From Octopus sinensis (Eukaryota): a DNA stretch of 64,000 bases. The translations under genes and the position numbers were made by a program. Under the pieces are notes generated by a model that saw only the letters and a program-made list of their open reading frames with translations, had not been told where the DNA came from and did not search any database. This document shows, one piece after another, positions 39,339 through 53,380 of this stretch. Where the stretch lies: NCBI RefSeq assembly GCF_006345805.1, contig NC_042998.1, forward strand, positions 148,242,001-148,306,000, in the 5' to 3' direction. Within the stretch, counting starts at the first letter, position 1; the number at the start of each line of letters is the position of its first letter.

Positions 39339-42129
39339 CTGTCTGTGTGTGTGTGTGTATTCTACGCAACAGCATTTGTCCACATTTCTATAGTATTATT
39401 TTCAGCTCAGAAATAATAAGTTTTCATATTGACTCAAATATACAAATATTCTATGGTTGGATGACGGTAGTGGGGAACAAATCGATCACCGGTACTTGTT
39501 AGTACTATTTTATCGATCCTAGGGACAGGAAAAGTGAAGTCAATTCGTATATGATTTTAATTGAGAAATTTGAGGAATGAATCTCTGAAACTAAACACTA
39601 GACAGTACAGCATATGACGATCTATGTCTACCACTCCAAACGCCTCCATTTTTTTTAACATGGCGTTCAGTTATTTCCGGATGAAGGTACAATACAGATG
39701 TTCGTTTATTTCTGTACTCGCGTACAACGTTTATGCTCTGCTATTTTCGTTGCAGGATAGAAAATGGTGTTTTGACTATTTTCGTAACAAATGGAATGCT
39801 ATTTTGCATTGAAAAACACCTATGTTTGACTATTATTGTTGCAGTCTACAATCCTACAGTAGCGAAGTTCGACATTTAGAACAGAATAGGACCAGTGATT
39901 TTAAAATGATATTCCACAAGGTGTATGGAAGTGTACCGCAAGAGATATTATGGTGTGCTGCAGGCCTTTAAAGATACAATTTAAGATGGTGAGCAAATCT
40001 AAACTATCATAATTTATGGTTAATATTAAGTAAGATTAATAAATTAATGAAACGAAATACACAATAATTAATTTTTCAACTAATTGTTTTAATTCCTTAA
40101 CTTTCAAACATAATGTTTTAAAGAACAAAAAAAAAAAAAGGAAAAAAAGAGGTAAAAGTAAACCTTTTCTCGCTGGCAGCTAATTGACTGAGTCACTAGA
40201 GTGTCGGATACAACACTTCGAAATGTTTGTTCTGACACTGATTTCAAAACCTACCGAAGACATTGGAATCGAAAAAAAAAAAAGAAAAGAAAAGTGCTAG
40301 TCCAGAGCTGTGATTTGGTGGGATTATAAGAACACCAGACTTGCGGCATTTATTCCAATTCTGATTTCAAATCCAAGTGTGGCCTACATATACTTAATTC
40401 GTTGCCCTGTTTAACATTATCACCTGGCCTCTTAGGTACCTTTGGTGGGTCCACTTTGCTGCAAGCTCTCATTCCAGGTCTGCACTTTGAGGATACCTTC
40501 CCTCGGTCCGCACTCACTAGACTCGGATAGGGTCATGACCCACTATCTCCTTCCCTGACTAAAATCATTGAAATACGCACCAATAGTTATTCTATTTAAT
40601 TCCTGGTGCACCATGAATCCAAACGATGAGAATCCCAGGAAGAGACTATCGACATTCGCGAATTTTTGTAATGTTTTATCTTGTTTCAATTAGTAGACTG
40701 TGGCCAATTCAGGGGGACAGTCTTGATGGGGTTAGTCGAACAAATCAAATCCAGTTTTTATTATTAAATCTTGTACTTATTCTATCGATCTCTTTTATGG
40801 AACTCTTGAGTTTCGGGGATGTAAGCAAATTAACACTGGTTGTCAAGCGATGGCAGTGGGGGGCAAACACAAAAGGCAAACACAACCCCGCCACACACAC
40901 AGAGACACACATACAAACATACACACACACACAGACAGACACACACAGATACATACATACACACAGACAACATTTACATGTACAAATATACACACGCACG
41001 CACGCGCACACACACACATTGCTTGATGATGATAATTTAAGATTAAGACATATGAAAATGAAGCGCACTACATTAACGGCCACGCGACAAAACACAAAAT
41101 CAGCAGGTTAACAATTTAAGAAGTCCGTTGGTGTTTGGTAATCCGCAACTTCAAGAATCCCCAAGGTGTAAAATAACAGTGTGGTATAAAATAACAAAAA
41201 ACAAAACAGAACAAAACAAAAACAAGCAAGTAACAATAGCAACAATATCAACGACAACAAATGAATGGATTATACAGTATCTCTAGAATCATTTCCTTAA
41301 GACATTTTATTGCATTGTAACATCGTACAGACAGGTATGTATGAAGTGCAACATCTATAAGGTACTGCAAAACACAACAGAGAACTCAAATCATCAAGTC
41401 ACACTGTGTTGCATAAGAGCAAATATCGACGTGCCGCTTGGTAGCATAGCGGTTGGGTTACGCTTTTGAGCTCTATACATGATTTTCATTTTCGCTTATG
41501 ACGATTTTATGCCAGGTGTCAAGATGTAGATTAAAGACAGCAACAATTGTTTTAAATAAATTTCAGTAGTCACATTATATTTTTAGGTTGAACTGGGTAT
41601 AAAATCATGTCCACTTTGAGCCGTACACGGTTGCATCTTCATTAAGGACTGAATAGGATTAAGATTATCATAATTGTTTCGATAATGTGTAAAAGACTGA
41701 TAAGCACCGTAAGGGTGCTAATTAGTAATCTATTTAGAAAGCCGGCAAATGGATTTATTTGTACTTTATTATTGAATGGAATTTAGAAATAGACTAGCTT
41801 CACATGCATTTTGAATGTTAATCACAAATTATCTTTTCTTCTGTTTTCAGAGAATAAAGTTTGGTAATGTAGCATTAAATAGTTTGACTTAAATTGTTGA
41901 TTTGGAATCAAGTAAGTTTATTTGCGTTTAAAATGGAAATTACAATGATCTTCATAAATTGCTTTTCAATCTCTATTGCAGCTGAGTTAGCGGAGAAGGA
42001 ACGTGGTTGTGTACTTGATGAAAAAAAAATAACTGTAAAAACTTCCTTCAAGACATTAAAATTAAATAAAGACAAGTGGTTTACAAGTAAACAAAGAAAA
42101 CTGAATTATGTGTGTAATGATGAACAATA

Positions 42130-42305
42130 TCGCTTGACAACCGATGCTGGTGTGTTTACGTCCCCGTAACTTAGCGGTTCGGCAAAAGAGACCGATAGAA
42201 AAAGTACTAGGCTTACAAAGAATAAGTCCTGGGGTCGATTTGCTCGACTAAAGGCGGTGCTCCAACATGGCCACAGTCAAATGACTGAAACAAGTAAAAG
42301 AGTAA
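42130..42305 (+). mobile_element. SINE family B 3' half
   Basis: cttgacaaccgatgctggtgtgtttacgtccccgtaacttagcggttcggc..cagtcaaatgactgaaacaagtaaaagag. Confidence 0.85.
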
Positions 42306-42399
42306 AATAAATAAATAAATAAATAAATAAATAAAATCCAATAATTATGATGTTGGATTTGAAATTCCTTACAAGGGGTTTCTAACCGAAGAAAAACAT

Positions 42400-43310
42400 A
42401 ACTGTAAAGCACGAAAATCACCCGAATCGTTGGGAAGGAAACAACTGAATCACACAGATAAACTGTTTGATAATGTAAAATACGTGGCAATGAATGAACA
42501 AATTGATGGATCTAGGTTATTACGATTGCAGCCAACATGTTGTGACAGTAGTGTCGCTAGATCAGCAGGGAAAAAGTTGTCCGGTGGTGAAAACATTACA
42601 GTGCTGGATCCTTCGATTAGTCAGAAGAAAAAGGAAGTTGAAATCTCCCATTTCTGAAAGCTGAAAAGCAAAAACTGCAACAATATACTTTTGAAAAAAC
42701 TGCAACATAAAGTGGGACGAAACTGACAGCATGTGAAAAATAGCAACTACAAAACAAGGAAACACTTTCAGGAAAATATTTCACCGTGACCACCACCATT
42801 TATATATTGAAAATAAATTTTGGAAAACTATCTTTGCAAAGTATATGCAACATCTGTCATTTATTATATGTATTTTTTTGAAGGAAAGTGTAAATGCAGA
42901 ACAATATCAAACGTTTGAAATTACCTATCTATTTATCGACTTATTCCATAAAATAACAAATAAATACCCCCAGAGCCCAACATGAATCAGTATTACACCA
43001 ATTTACCCAAGGGAAATAATTGGACTAAATGGTGGTTTGGGGCTTGGGTCTCCTGATGACTCGGGGCTGAAAGGCTGTCATAAAATGAAACGATCTTCGA
43101 ACCAATCTAGCATACAATATACCTCAAAGCGCTATGTTGACACAACAAGCAGATTGTGAGTTTCCAGTAATCCTGAAGTTATTGAGAAAAAGAGAAAATG
43201 ACGACCTTACTGCAAAAAATGTCGTTATACAAGGACATTCGACCTGTGATTGCAATAGAAATATGACAGGAACTCAAATTGATGACAAAGAGATCTTGTT
43301 TAACATTTGA
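42400..43310 (+). pseudogene. Decayed gag/ORF1-like coding remnant with frameshifted CCHC zinc knuckle
   Basis: 43211-43253 CKKCRYT(+1)GHSTCDC = CX2CX4HX4C; preceding frame interrupted by stops. Confidence 0.45.
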
Positions 43311-45060
43311 GTCATTATTATAGTGTCATTGCTGAACTCAATGATTTTTCTCCCTGGATATTTTTGTCGGGTATGTGGGGTATTTTTCTAAAATATAAGC
43401 ATTTTGTTGGTACATATCAAGGAATGTTAAATTTTGTTGTTGCAAGACAAATATTTAAGTCAGATTGGATATATCCTACATGCAAAACTGCTTTCTTGAT
43501 TTAAGTCATTGCTTCATACAAACGTTGTTCCTACTTACCTGGCAGGAGAATTATATACGACATCCATCTAGTCTGGGTTTTGGGAGTTCGTTTGTGAATT
43601 TTTTAAATTTAAATTTAGGGATGCAAACCGGTAGATAAAATGTTGTTATGTGTTGTATCTTTCATAAGGTCTTAGGTTCCATTAAGCATTGTTCTTTTGG
43701 TTCCAGGAGATTTTAAAATGGATGTATTTTAGCACATTTATCATAGGTTAAATATATAAGTTCAGCAATGGCTGAATCGTTTCAAGTTTTTGAGATATTA
43801 AATCCCAAATAAATTCTTTTGGAATTCTGAAATGTTCTAGTCGCAAGCTAAATTTTGTCACATTTGTCTTTAAAATTTTGTCTTTTAAATTTGCCTTTAA
43901 AATCAGAAGAGTCCTAATATTAAAATTTATCTTTTTCTGAAAGCTTCCACTATGATCTTACAGAATATTTAGTTTAGTACTGGTATTTACCCGGTTTGCA
44001 AGGTAAATTGATGTTCGCGATTAAATATTATTCCTAAAAATGCCTAACTTTCCTGATTTTACAGCAGAATTCTCCAACAAATTCTCAAAAAAAAAAAAAA
44101 ACCCAACAAAACCATCAACAAGTCTTATAATCTAAGGAATCTACCTAAAACACCAAAATTGTCCTTTTCTAAGCTACAAGTATTGAATTATTAACTACAT
44201 ATTTTTTCCTGTGCTCTCAATAAATTTTTTACTCATTTTCGAATGAAACTTTTCCGCTTTTAATTAAATTTGAAAATTCGTAAAAAATTATTGGATAATG
44301 ATATAAGCGTGTTTTTTTTTGCCGAATAGCAACTTTGTAAATTTTTGTTTTTGTTTCTAGTAAGTCTTAAACACTTACTCATTTGGAAGACTTGATTTTT
44401 TTGCCCATGTTTACCAGTAGTCTACTGTGTCCAGGATATTTGCTCAAGGTACTGCGCGTTGGGACAGAAACAGAAATCATGTGGTTGGAAAGCGAGTTTC
44501 TTAACTACACAGCCATGTCGACGCCTATAATGGTAAAAAAAAAACTACTTAATTTTTTTTTCTAAAATTCTGAAATAATGGAATTTAATTATTTCTGAGA
44601 TTAATTCTAACGTTGTTTTCTGCGTAATTGTGTTTTGTTGTTTCGCCTTATAAAATAAATCAACATTGAAGCCTCTATGTAGTTGATCAACCTGCTAGAA
44701 ATACCAGGTGAATCACCATAATTCGCATCCTACCGTCGTAGAAAATCACGCGTTATATCAGTATTTGTTAGAAGGATGGTGATGGTGGTGGTAGCTGCCA
44801 GGAAGGAAAAGGGAACAAATTATGTTTAACAAAGGAAGGCAGTGACGCCTGTGGCAGCCCTTGAGTTCCCCCTCCTTTAGGCTCCACAACCTATACAAGC
44901 TTATTCAACAGACTCAAAAGTCTTGCCAACTATGAAAGCGTCGCCCGGGGCAAAATTCCCCCTCGCCACCCCTATTAGTTATGCTATTGTAAAAGGTTTT
45001 AAGTTATATGGAGGCAATCCTTGTATTGTCATCGCATTACTTAAGAGGGTGTGTGTGTGT

Positions 45061-45102
<42 letters not shown>

Positions 45103-45352
45103 AAGAGGGAAAGAGGGAGAAAATTTGGCTAGAGTTCACTGTTTTTGCAGATGTAGGTGGGGTTGGTGGCATTTTTTCGGTCTCTGACTATAAAACATGA
45201 CGGAATGGTCACGGTTGGAATACTTTCAATCATAAGGGTTTACACAATCAGAGCCGACTTGGGACTAAACAGCAACGACGACGGCGACGACGGCATCGGC
45301 AACGACAATGGCAGCAGTCGTAGTAGCAGCAACAGTAGTAGTAGTAGTAGTA

Positions 45353-45392
<40 letters not shown>

Positions 45393-45393
<1 letters not shown>

Positions 45394-45715
45394 TGAGGGC
45401 GCGTGGCTTAGTGGTTAGGGCATTCGGCTCATGATCGTAAGGTTGTGAGTTCGATTCCCGGCGACGCGTTGTGTCCTTGAGCAAGACACTTTATTTCACG
45501 TTGCTCCAGTCCACTCAGCTGGCAAAAATGAGTTGTACTTGTATTTCAAAGGGTCAGCCTTGTCACTCTCTGTGTCACGCTGATTATCCCCGAGAACTAC
45601 GTTAAGGGTACACGTGTCTGTGGAATGCTCAGCCATTTGCACGTTAATTTCACGAGCAAGCTGTTCCGTTGATCGTATCAGCTGGGACCCTCGTCGTCGT
45701 AACCGGCGGAGTAAA
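45393..45715 (+). mobile_element. tRNA-derived SINE family C (V-domain-like core), embedded in (GTA)n
   Basis: A box tggcttagtggt, B box gagttcgattccc, gtgtccttgagcaagacact core; (GTA)n on both sides. Confidence 0.85.
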
Positions 45716-45722
45716 GTAAAGA

Positions 45723-45783
<61 letters not shown>

Positions 45784-46416
45784 CGCAGCAGCAGCAGCAG
45801 CAGGATAGAAGCAAATTCTAAAGTCGTTTTATCTTCGCCAAAAAGTTACCAAAACCTTCTTCACCCTCCTCTACTATTTCCTCCTCCTCTGCATTCCGCT
45901 ATCATTGAGCACCACTTGGTACCACGACCATTGTCACTTCAACCGTCAAATCTTCTAAGATCAACACTACCACTAATATCACCAAAGTCACCACCTCTGC
46001 CGCCGCCGCCACCCAAACCACCACCACCACCACACCACCACCACCAGTACCGTTGTTTTATATCCTTAGCTACGACTATTCTTATAGGTGACTGGGTATC
46101 TTCCGTTTGACCTAATTTTAATACACGGTCGCCTGATCAAAAGCTCGTTGAAAAGATTAAACTGATCAAAAGAAGCGCCATTTTGCAATCTTTCGGTGGT
46201 TTGTTTGGAATGTCTGTGTGTCGTCATCAATAGGGGATTGTTGGTCAAATCGACGATAAAAAACAACACACGTACTTGACGAAATGATCTCATCTATCGT
46301 CGAGTATATGTAGGAAGTGTCAGCGTATGTGTGTATCGGTGTGTGTATAATCATAACTGTTTGTGTCTGTGAAGTGGTCGGGTGTCATTGTGTATCTATG
46401 TGTATATCGGTATGTA

Positions 46417-46447
<31 letters not shown>

Positions 46448-46643
46448 TGTTCGATCGATCGATCGATCCGTTTCTCTATTTATAAGTGTCTATACATAAA
46501 TACTTTAGGCATGCATGTGTATGTATATACGCATACAGACATATATGTGTATGTATGTATGTATATATATATATATATATATACACATATAGGTGTATAA
46601 GTATGTATGTATCTATATATATAGTCATATATATATATGTTTG

Positions 46644-46680
<37 letters not shown>

Positions 46681-46964
46681 CAAAATAGGACAAGAACGCA
46701 AAATATCCAGACAGGTGATACAAATAAGGGACAACAAAACATCCAAATAGACGATACAAAGAAGACAAGGACGAGTCATTCGGAGTTCAAGATTACCTTT
46801 GCAATTTCCTTAGTCGAGTTCCAGATTATCTTTGCAATTTCGGCTGGTTATACTCGAATGAAGAAAAATATATTGAATAAATTAATGCGTAGAAATGGGC
46901 TTGAATGGACTATGTTCTGGTTACTTTACACTTTATTTTTTATATCTATATTCTTTTATTCTGT

Positions 46965-47165
46965 TATTTGTTTCAGTCATTTGACTGCCGCCATGCTGGA
47001 GCACTGCATTTAGTCGAACAAATCGACCCCAGGACTTATTCTTTGTAAGCCTAATACTTGTTCTATCGGCTTCTTTTGCTGAATCGCTAAGTTACAGGGA
47101 CGTAAACACACCACCATCGGTTGTCAAGCGATAGTGGTGGTGGACAAACACAGACACACAAAAAT
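46965..47165 (-). mobile_element. SINE family B 3' half
   Basis: ttcagtcatttgactgc.gccatgctggagcac..gaccccaggacttattctttgtaagcc. Confidence 0.8.
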
Positions 47166-47790
47166 ACACATATCCACACACACACACACCACACACACAC
47201 ACATATAAATGAATATAAAATATGTATAAAGTTTTTACAATGGCATTTTGGTTTTTTAGTGTTGCCATATTAGATTTATATGTATGCAAACAACAAGCTG
47301 TTAGAATATATTGATATGTTAAAAGAATGGTGTTATACAATTAAAAAAATACTTGTACATCTTAAAATAACATCTTTTACAGGGTTGCGCCATAACATTC
47401 ATATAATTAATAATCAGTGAACTGCAGGGATCAAAAGTATGCCTTGCATATTTGTTTTAAATGTGTTCCGGTAGATATGTACGTGAATATAGTAATTACT
47501 GTTTGTGTTTCCTCTCAGGAGAACAATTTCAATTCGACGAATATCTGTTTATAACGCACTCGCTTCGTTAGCAGAAGGGTTAAAAACAGCTAGGGTTTCG
47601 ACATTGTTGTGTCTCGTCAGTCAGAAGAAGCCCAGACTAATGAATCTAACATGCCGACCACCACCAGTCTTTATTGCTATTGTTTTATCACGCAAACACA
47701 CACGCAGGCGCGCGCACCCACATTTTTGGTTGTTTTAGTAGACACAATTTAATATTAAACTACTAGCATTTCGTCGGTCAGTATATATAT

Positions 47791-47865
<75 letters not shown>

Positions 47866-48223
47866 GGTAGAGAGAGCGTGATACATAAGTGTTACATACG
47901 TATACATGCACACAAATATATACACGAACACACATCTTTGTTTATGAGTGTGTATATGTTTAAGAAAACTTTGCTGTACTTTCTCAGTGCGACGCCAGAG
48001 TATTTATAGCTAGCAACAGTATCGTCACTTAAAATTTTATTAATATTCTAATATCTATAGCAGATTTCGTGACAAACTAAGGCACCAGCCCGCTATTTTA
48101 TTAGTTATTGACATAATGAATAAATAAATTCCCATACGTTTTCCTTCATTTATAACTTAGAATATTGCTGAAATAATATGTAACATTAAAAACTATTTTT
48201 TACTAGTAGCAAAAATGCAAATA

Positions 48224-48254
<31 letters not shown>

Positions 48255-48636
48255 TTTCTTTCTTTCTTTTTTTCTTTCTTCTTTCTTTCACTCTCTAATA
48301 TATGCAAGTATATATGTATGCATGTATGTATGTAGATATGCATGTACGTACGTATGTATGTATGTATGTATGTATGTATGTATGTATGTATGTATGTATG
48401 TATGTATGTTTGTATGTTTGTATGTTTGTATGTATGTATGTATGTATGTATGTATGTATGTATGTACATAAATAAATATATATAAATTGACATACACACA
48501 CATATATAGTAAAGGTTAAATGGTTTCATATATTTTATATACTTTTAATTTTATATATAACAGTTTTATATATAGAGATTATACATATATACATGAAATG
48601 TGTATATGTAAACGTGTATGTATATATATATGTGTA

Positions 48637-48726
<90 letters not shown>

Positions 48727-48943
48727 ATATTGGTTGACAATTTACAAAAGTAGCTCAAAAGCTGAAGGCTTCGTGCATGGCGCTTGTCAAATTCAGATCA
48801 TGCAGATGGAACAATATATTGGTGGCAATTGGGATCAACTCCAAATGAAAAGGTCAGGTAATCTCAATTATCAAAAATTCTTCAACACTATCATGCATTA
48901 AGAAAAAGGCAGATCCACCACCACCATCACCACCACCATACAT

Positions 48944-49051
<108 letters not shown>

Positions 49052-49202
49052 TTACGTTTATATATATATATATACATATAATTCTTTGTGAGATATTTTT
49101 ATACATTTGGCATGGAAACTGGTAGAATATTCTAAAAGGTATTGTAATGATGACTTTGATAATTAGAAAACTCAAACACTTTTACGGTATTGCATTGTTT
49201 TA

Positions 49203-49241
<39 letters not shown>

Positions 49242-49849
49242 AATTACTAGATATTTGTGAAACAATAGCGCGTATACGCGTAATATGCATACGAAGCGTT
49301 TTTGAAATTTCGAAAATAATTAGCGGAAGAATGTGTCAAGGGGCATAAATGTGATATGTGGAAAACGTCAGATAGAAGTAATACTGAAAAGGAAAGAGGG
49401 AATAAGAAACCCAAATGAAAAAAAGACTTTAAAAATAAACTCTATACACATATACGTTTATTTCAGTCCTTTGTGTGCATATACATTACATATTCACACG
49501 CAGGCCCACCTACATACAGGTACATACATTCACGTGCGCGCGCACACGTATATATATATATACACAAGCTTACACATACAAATATGCTTTCGTAGAAACA
49601 CATGCAGTGTGCATGAGGAGGTACACTTACTGTATAGACATGTCTTTAGTTTTTCAATACGTCAGAATAGTCGAACGAAAAAATTGGAGAAAGATAATTA
49701 GTTGTAAAACAAATTGTCGTTGCTACAAGGAAGAAGAGAAGAAAAAAAGTGAAAGAAAACGAGAAATGTGTTCGAATATGTGCACATGCGAAGGCATGCA
49801 TACTTAAATACATACATGCACATATGCATACATACATACAAACAAATCG

Positions 49850-50016
49850 ACCCCAGGACTTATTCTTTTTAAGCCTAGTACTTATTCTATCGGTCTCTTT
49901 TGCCGAACCGCTAAGTTACGGGGACGTAACACACCAGCATCGGTTGTCAAGCGATGTTGGGAGGACAAATACAGACACACAAACGTACAGACACACAGAC
50001 ACAGACAGACACACAG

Positions 50017-50099
<83 letters not shown>

Positions 50100-50165
50100 G
50101 AATATATACGACGGGCTTCTTTCAGTTTCCGTCTACCAAATCCACTCACAAGCCTTTGGTCGGCA
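49850..50165 (-). mobile_element. SINE family B with internal (CA)n
   Basis: Matches family B segments on both sides of a CA tract. Confidence 0.8.
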
Positions 50166-51014
50166 GTAGAAGACTCTTAAACTTATTTATAGGCATACAT
50201 AACAAAACATCTCTACATCGGACGGATTTCTTGTCGATATATTTAAATCAGAACCATAGAGTTAACCAGTTATGAAATGTATTCAATTGCGTCTAGGCGT
50301 CGAGAAGATCGAGGGCAGATATCATATGTACATAAAAAATGGGGACGATATCAAAAACGAATAAGTAAATGTTGTGTGTGTGTGTGAGTGTGAAATAAGT
50401 AATAAAAATCAGTGAAGTAAATCAATGCAATACTTAAGGATATAGGTTACAATATATATTAAGTACAACAAAGTATGGCATATAGTAGAATATACGATCT
50501 GTTACAGTGCGTAGATTAGAAGAGTTTCATCACACAAGCAAACGTGAATGTGCGTTAGCTAACAAGAATAATGTGTGTGTGTGTATGAGTGTGTGTTTGT
50601 GTTTGCATGTGTATGTGTGTGTGCGCGCGTGCGCGTTTGTGCGTGTGTGTGTGTGTGTGTGTATTATACTATACATATTCATATACTACTTTTTGATACA
50701 GTATTTGCTACTTCTTTGGAACCAAAGGCTTCCTGTAGACAGCAGTTAGCATATTTCAAGATAGAATTCAGAATTCAGCGCTGAAGGAAGTGTGAAACAA
50801 GAAGACCTTTCTGGTGTTAGGTGCTCATTCTTCCCGTTCGTTGGTAAGGTATACATACAAGTACACACGCGCACGCGCACAAACAGACAGACACACACAC
50901 ACACACACACATATACATACTTACATAATACACACATACATACATGCATACATACATACATACATACATACATACATACATACATACATACATAGGGATA
51001 TAGATGCAGGAAAA

Positions 51015-51800
51015 GCAGTAACATGTGGCAACCGATGCAGACTTTGTGCTGTTAACATAAGCAGATATCTGAAAATGCTATCACGGTATTATCTACCGAT
51101 GAGACATGATGCTGTATCTAGGACACTCTATAAGGAAATCCATCGGAAGGATAACCTCAATGAAATAAGAACTCATATGGTAGAAGCCATAGCAACTCAT
51201 ACTAAAAAGGTGTGCTGGTGGAATGTCCCATTGAAGACTTCAATAACATGTAAACACAAGAGACCTGATTTAATGATGTGGGATAGAGGAGAGAAACTGT
51301 GTCCAATTGTACAATCGTGAAAATTAGCTGCCCAGCGGATGTTAACATAAAGCTGAAGATCAGTGAAAAAATAAAAACCTACACTGAACTATTGAGAAAT
51401 CTGCAGTTAATCTATCCAAATTACAAGTTCAGATTTATTCCTGTAATTATTGGGTCACTGGGATATGTAACACATTGCCTAAATACCAATGTTGAGAAAT
51501 GAGGCTCAAAACCAGAAAGGAGAAAAGTAATTCGAAGACTACAGATCCGATCCATTACCGGAACTGTACAAATCTGTAAAACTTTACAGAAATTTATCAT
51601 TTAAGTAAATATGAGCATGTATATACATGCAACAATATGCATGAGAATACATACATAAAACAAAACAAATATACATACATACAAACAAAAATACCCTGTT
51701 GTTGATGTTGAAATTCCAATGAAGGAACAGTGGATCTAGATGAGAAACCGGCTCTTTCTCTATTGGTAAGAAATCTTGAAATAAAGCTGAACAATATTTA
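51015..51800 (+). mobile_element. R4/Dong-type 3' fragment (CCHC remnant + RLE) with 3' UTR
   Basis: RCRLC..RYYLPMRHDAV..WWNVPLKTSITCKHKRPDLMMWDR..ISCPAD..K..Y..L..IPVIIGSLG. Confidence 0.85.
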
Positions 51801-51947
51801 TGTACGTATATATATATATATATATACATAAGTAAAGTACCAGCACATTTTCGATTACCTGTTGTTATCCGTAGAATTCGAGAATTTGATGGACATATAG
51901 CAGTACGTAAGCTGACTCAAGAAATCTCTAGTCAGTCTTTTATTAAT

Positions 51948-51989
51948 GTACCTGAGGAGACCCATAATGGGTCGAAACATGTGTTGTAT
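51948..51989 (+). ncRNA. Minimal type I hammerhead ribozyme, GUU site (cleavage after 51985)
   Basis: GTAC-CTGAGGA-GACCC-ATAAT-GGGTC-GAA-ACATGTGT-T-GTAT; AATAAA at 51992. Confidence 0.75.
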
Positions 51990-52016
51990 CCAATAAAGTA
52001 ATTTACACATTTCATC

Positions 52017-52047
<31 letters not shown>

Positions 52048-52619
52048 ATATCTTTTTGCTAGTCTGTTTTGTCCCATGGTACGATATGAACATTTAAGGT
52101 GGTTTTTAGAGTCAGGGATTTGACTGCTATTTCTGCATGGTGGTGTCTCTCAGACACCCTTCTTTATAGTTATATATATACATATCTCTGTGAATGAACA
52201 TATGTGTCAATGGACATGTATGCACATATGTGTAACTTTTATGTATATTTGTATTTATATTTTTGAGTATACACGTGTGTGTGTGTATATGTGCTTGTAA
52301 CGTGTATGTTTATATGTATCCTTTTGAGTGTGAGCTTGTGCGTCTGAGCTGCATATGTATGTGTGTATATACATATTGTTTATAAGTGTATAGGTATATT
52401 TGTCTCTGTACATGTATGTGTTACTGTCGAATTTGTGTGTATGAAATCGTGCTGTGTCTCAGTGCCCTATTCTTTCTAATAAGTCATTCTGCCCTTTCCC
52501 CTTGTTCAAATTTGTTCCCCCAATCTCATCCTAGACTGACCATTATATATCAATGTAAATGTGACGTATATATATCGTCACGTACACACAAGTAGACCCA
52601 CTTATCTTTTATCTTAAAC

Positions 52620-53010
52620 TTGTTTCAGTCAATGGACTGCGGCCATGCTGGGGCACTGCCCTGAAGGGTTTATTCGAAAAGTTCGACTCGCGAGTACTTA
52701 TTTGCTTATACCTGGTACTTATTTTATCATTCCTCTTCTGATGAACTGCTAAGTTATGGAAACGTAAACAAACCAACACCAATTGTCAAACGATTATGGA
52801 GCACAACAACAAGCACAAAAGCACATACATACATACATACATACATACATACATACATACATACATACATACATACATACATAAACACATATGTACAAAA
52901 CAGGCTTCCACATTGTTTTCGTCTACCGAATCCATTCACGAGGTATTGATCAACCCGGGGTTATCGTAGAAAACATTTACCCAAGGTGTCGCGCAATGAG
53001 ACTGAACCCA
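52620..53010 (-). mobile_element. SINE family B, near full length, diverged
   Basis: ttcagtcaatggactgcggccatgctgg..through gagactgaaccc; internal (TACA)n. Confidence 0.7.
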
Positions 53011-53348
53011 AAACTATGTACGTGTACATGGATAAATAGATATATACGAATATATATTTTATACCTGCTGTCCGTGACCGCGCTTAAACAAACTCCAAAG
53101 TTTAAGACCTATATGAAATTGATATATATATATATATATATATACATGTGTGTGTGTGTATGTGTGTGTATCATAAGAGACTCTTCTTTCAAATGTGAGA
53201 AGTACTTTTAGGATTTGCACACTATTTAGTTTCATGACTAAGCATACATTACTTCACATACATACGTATATACATAGTTACCTACACACACAAATTTATG
53301 TATATATGTGCTTATATCTGTATATGTGTGTGTGTGTATATATATGTT

Positions 53349-53380
<32 letters not shown>

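Noticed and set aside
43050-43080. CTGATGA-CTCGGGGCT-GAAA
   Set aside because: No stem II pairing; lies within the decayed gag-like ORF
47580-47625. Minus-strand CTGACGA-GACA/TGTC-GAAA core
   Set aside because: Good stem II, but no convincing stem I or III in type I or type III topology
52736-52772. CTGATGA...GAAACGTA motif
   Set aside because: A point-mutated part of SINE family B (gccgaaccgctaagttacggggacgtaa), with no stem II
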